Origin: Mustelus asterias
Taxonomy: Eukaryota
DNA length: 64,000 nucleotides
Assembly (NCBI RefSeq): GCF_964213995.1
Contig: NW_027590117.1
Coordinates: 5,208,001 to 5,272,000 of the forward strand
Reading direction: 5' to 3'
The notes under the pieces: model-generated
What the model was told of the DNA's origin: nothing
Seen by the model: only the letters and a program-made list of their open reading frames with translations
Databases searched by the model: none
Shown here: piece by piece, positions 61,816 to 64,000 of the stretch
Layout of the letters: each line of letters begins with the position of its first letter
Position numbering within the stretch: position 1 is the first letter of the stretch
Made by a program: the position numbers and the translations under genes

Positions 61816-62826
61816 ACGGCCCTCTGTTCGTCTGCAGTTTCCTCCATCTCGCCACAAACATAACCACTCTGCTCGATTACATCACGAGGACGTTTCAAAC
61901 TAAATGTGTTCCCAAGGATAATCTGTTTCTGTCACTATGAACTTTTCTCGTTGTTCTTTCAGCCGGTGTAAATCCAGAGAATGGAAGGGATGGAGGGAAA
62001 AATCTTTCCCGAATCCTATTTGGTCATCATTCCAATAACATTTGGGTGAGGAAATCTAATCGTCAGTCTCTGTGAAAAGCTGTATCCGGCACCTTCCTAT
62101 TCGATGGTTAGAATGTAAAATGGAATAACTTCGACTGCTGTTTGTGTCTCCTGCCCTGTAAACCAAACACTGACCCAGAATTCACTCACTGCCTTCGCTT
62201 TGTGCTGAAAACTGTTATTATTCTGTTGTTTTCACAGTTCCAAAATGACCCCATTCGCGGCTGTTTTTCACGGTAACGGTCCCTTCTCTCAATTCCTGAA
62301 ATGTTCATTGATTCATCATTTTATTCACAGTAATTCTCCGCAGGGTAACATTCCGGAGTGGGATTATTACAGAGCGGAATAAGGACAGTGTGCGGACTCG
62401 ATCCGGCTCCCTGTTTCCTGTGAAGGAGAGTGGGTTCTGATTGAAGACGAAACGGAGTGTTTTCCTTCTGGGAATGCTGTGAACAGGGATTGATTCCCGC
62501 CCGGAACAGTTAGAAAGCGTTAGGAGAATGAAGCACATTGAAAGAAAATGTTAAAGCCGCGCCTGCGATTGGTGACAGGAAGAGCTGAATAAAAGCAAAT
62601 CAATAGAAGGGATTTGAAATCTCTGACTAAGGGCGACATTGATTTGAATTCGCTCCTTTCCCACAATGAAATTGGCGGGCTTTTGGAAATGGACAAATTC
62701 TCTGCTTCTGCCGGTTGTTGTGGGGAAATCCCGCCCTCTTCTGTTTCCAGTGAGCTGATTGGTGAAGAATATAGGCAAATGAGGTGAATAGAGCAGCGGC
62801 CAATCAGAGGAGCTGTCAGTTTATAA

Positions 62827-63276
<450 letters not shown>

Positions 63277-63306
63277 AGCGCCCATTCTTTAATCTGATAA
63301 CCCAAA

Positions 63307-63322
63307 GGCTCTTTTCAGAGCC
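63307..63322 (+). promoter_or_regulatory. H2A copy 2 3' stem-loop
   Basis: GGCTCTTTTCAGAGCC, followed by GAAAAGGGCG. Confidence 0.95.
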
Positions 63323-64000
63323 ACTCATTATATCTGAAAAAGGGCGACCTGGTGTCTATCGGTCAGTTTCTGCACTGCTATTCACAGCACAGCTGTTTCC
63401 CGCTTTGTTCTATCAATCCGTACTATTGACACATACAGCATTTTAATGCAAGTTGCTGCTGTTTATTGGGGAAACTATCCCAGTGAACATAAATGATCCT
63501 ATTTCAAATATAATTGCTTTAAAATGTGATAATCTGCGAGGACATTCATCTGCAGCCCATCGGTCTTCAAAGTCAGTCACTATCTGGAAAAGTGTTAATT
63601 ATTGTCCATGCGAATGTGCAAGCGTTTCTGCAATGGCTATATCTGTGTGAGTGGGCTCCTGTTTGAGACATGCTTCATATTCTGAACCTAATTGACGCAA
63701 TTTTCAACACTCGCTGCGACTCGAAACATGTGCGGAGAAAGTGGATTTGCGGAATTATTGCTCGGAAACTGAAATGATCGCAGGTTTAATAAAACCACTT
63801 TAAAATTGAATTGCGGTAGAATTGTTAACGGCATCGTTTTTACTCCAACCATCAAAGGATTGGAGATATGAATGACCTCAATGCAACGGAGAGTTAATTG
63901 CAACATTGAGGTTTCAGTACTGGAGTCCTGGGAATATTCTGTCCTGGGAATTCAAACACTAGAATCGTTAACAGGAGATCGCAGCTCTTTCATTTGCCGA

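Noticed and set aside
63981-63995. CAGCTCTTT as the 5' end of U7 snRNA
   Set aside because: The U7 Sm site (AATTTGTCTAG) does not follow; it is better explained as the complement of a histone HDE.

Overview
Eukaryotic, repeat-dense DNA, almost certainly from a cartilaginous fish (shark-type V-SINE/HE1-like SINEs, CR1 LINEs and Penelope elements). The window is a mixed replication-dependent histone / tRNA gene cluster. Intact histone genes are H1 (-), H2B (+) and two H2A (+), each with a 3' stem-loop. There is also a 7-codon H4-like stump cut by a Penelope element, and probably another histone gene just past the right edge. Fourteen tRNA loci are visible. Trp-CCA and Ser-TGA look intact; iMet, Ser-GCT and Arg-TCT are near-intact; the rest are decayed, three by clean arm deletions and two by Rex1-type insertions. 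Much of the rest is CR1, L2, SINE and Penelope debris, plus a solo LTR, a ~38-bp satellite with higher-order structure and several local duplications. Main leads: (i) minimal hammerhead-ribozyme motifs in the Penelope terminal repeats; (ii) a ~240-bp palindromic element with a hammerhead-like motif (U3-A8 core) on each strand, sitting just upstream of tRNA-Ser genes; (iii) anticodon-less tRNA genes that keep their promoter boxes and acceptor stems; (iv) a triplicated CCAAT-rich promoter plus spliced non-coding exon module. All calls were made by eye, and repeat boundaries are approximate.
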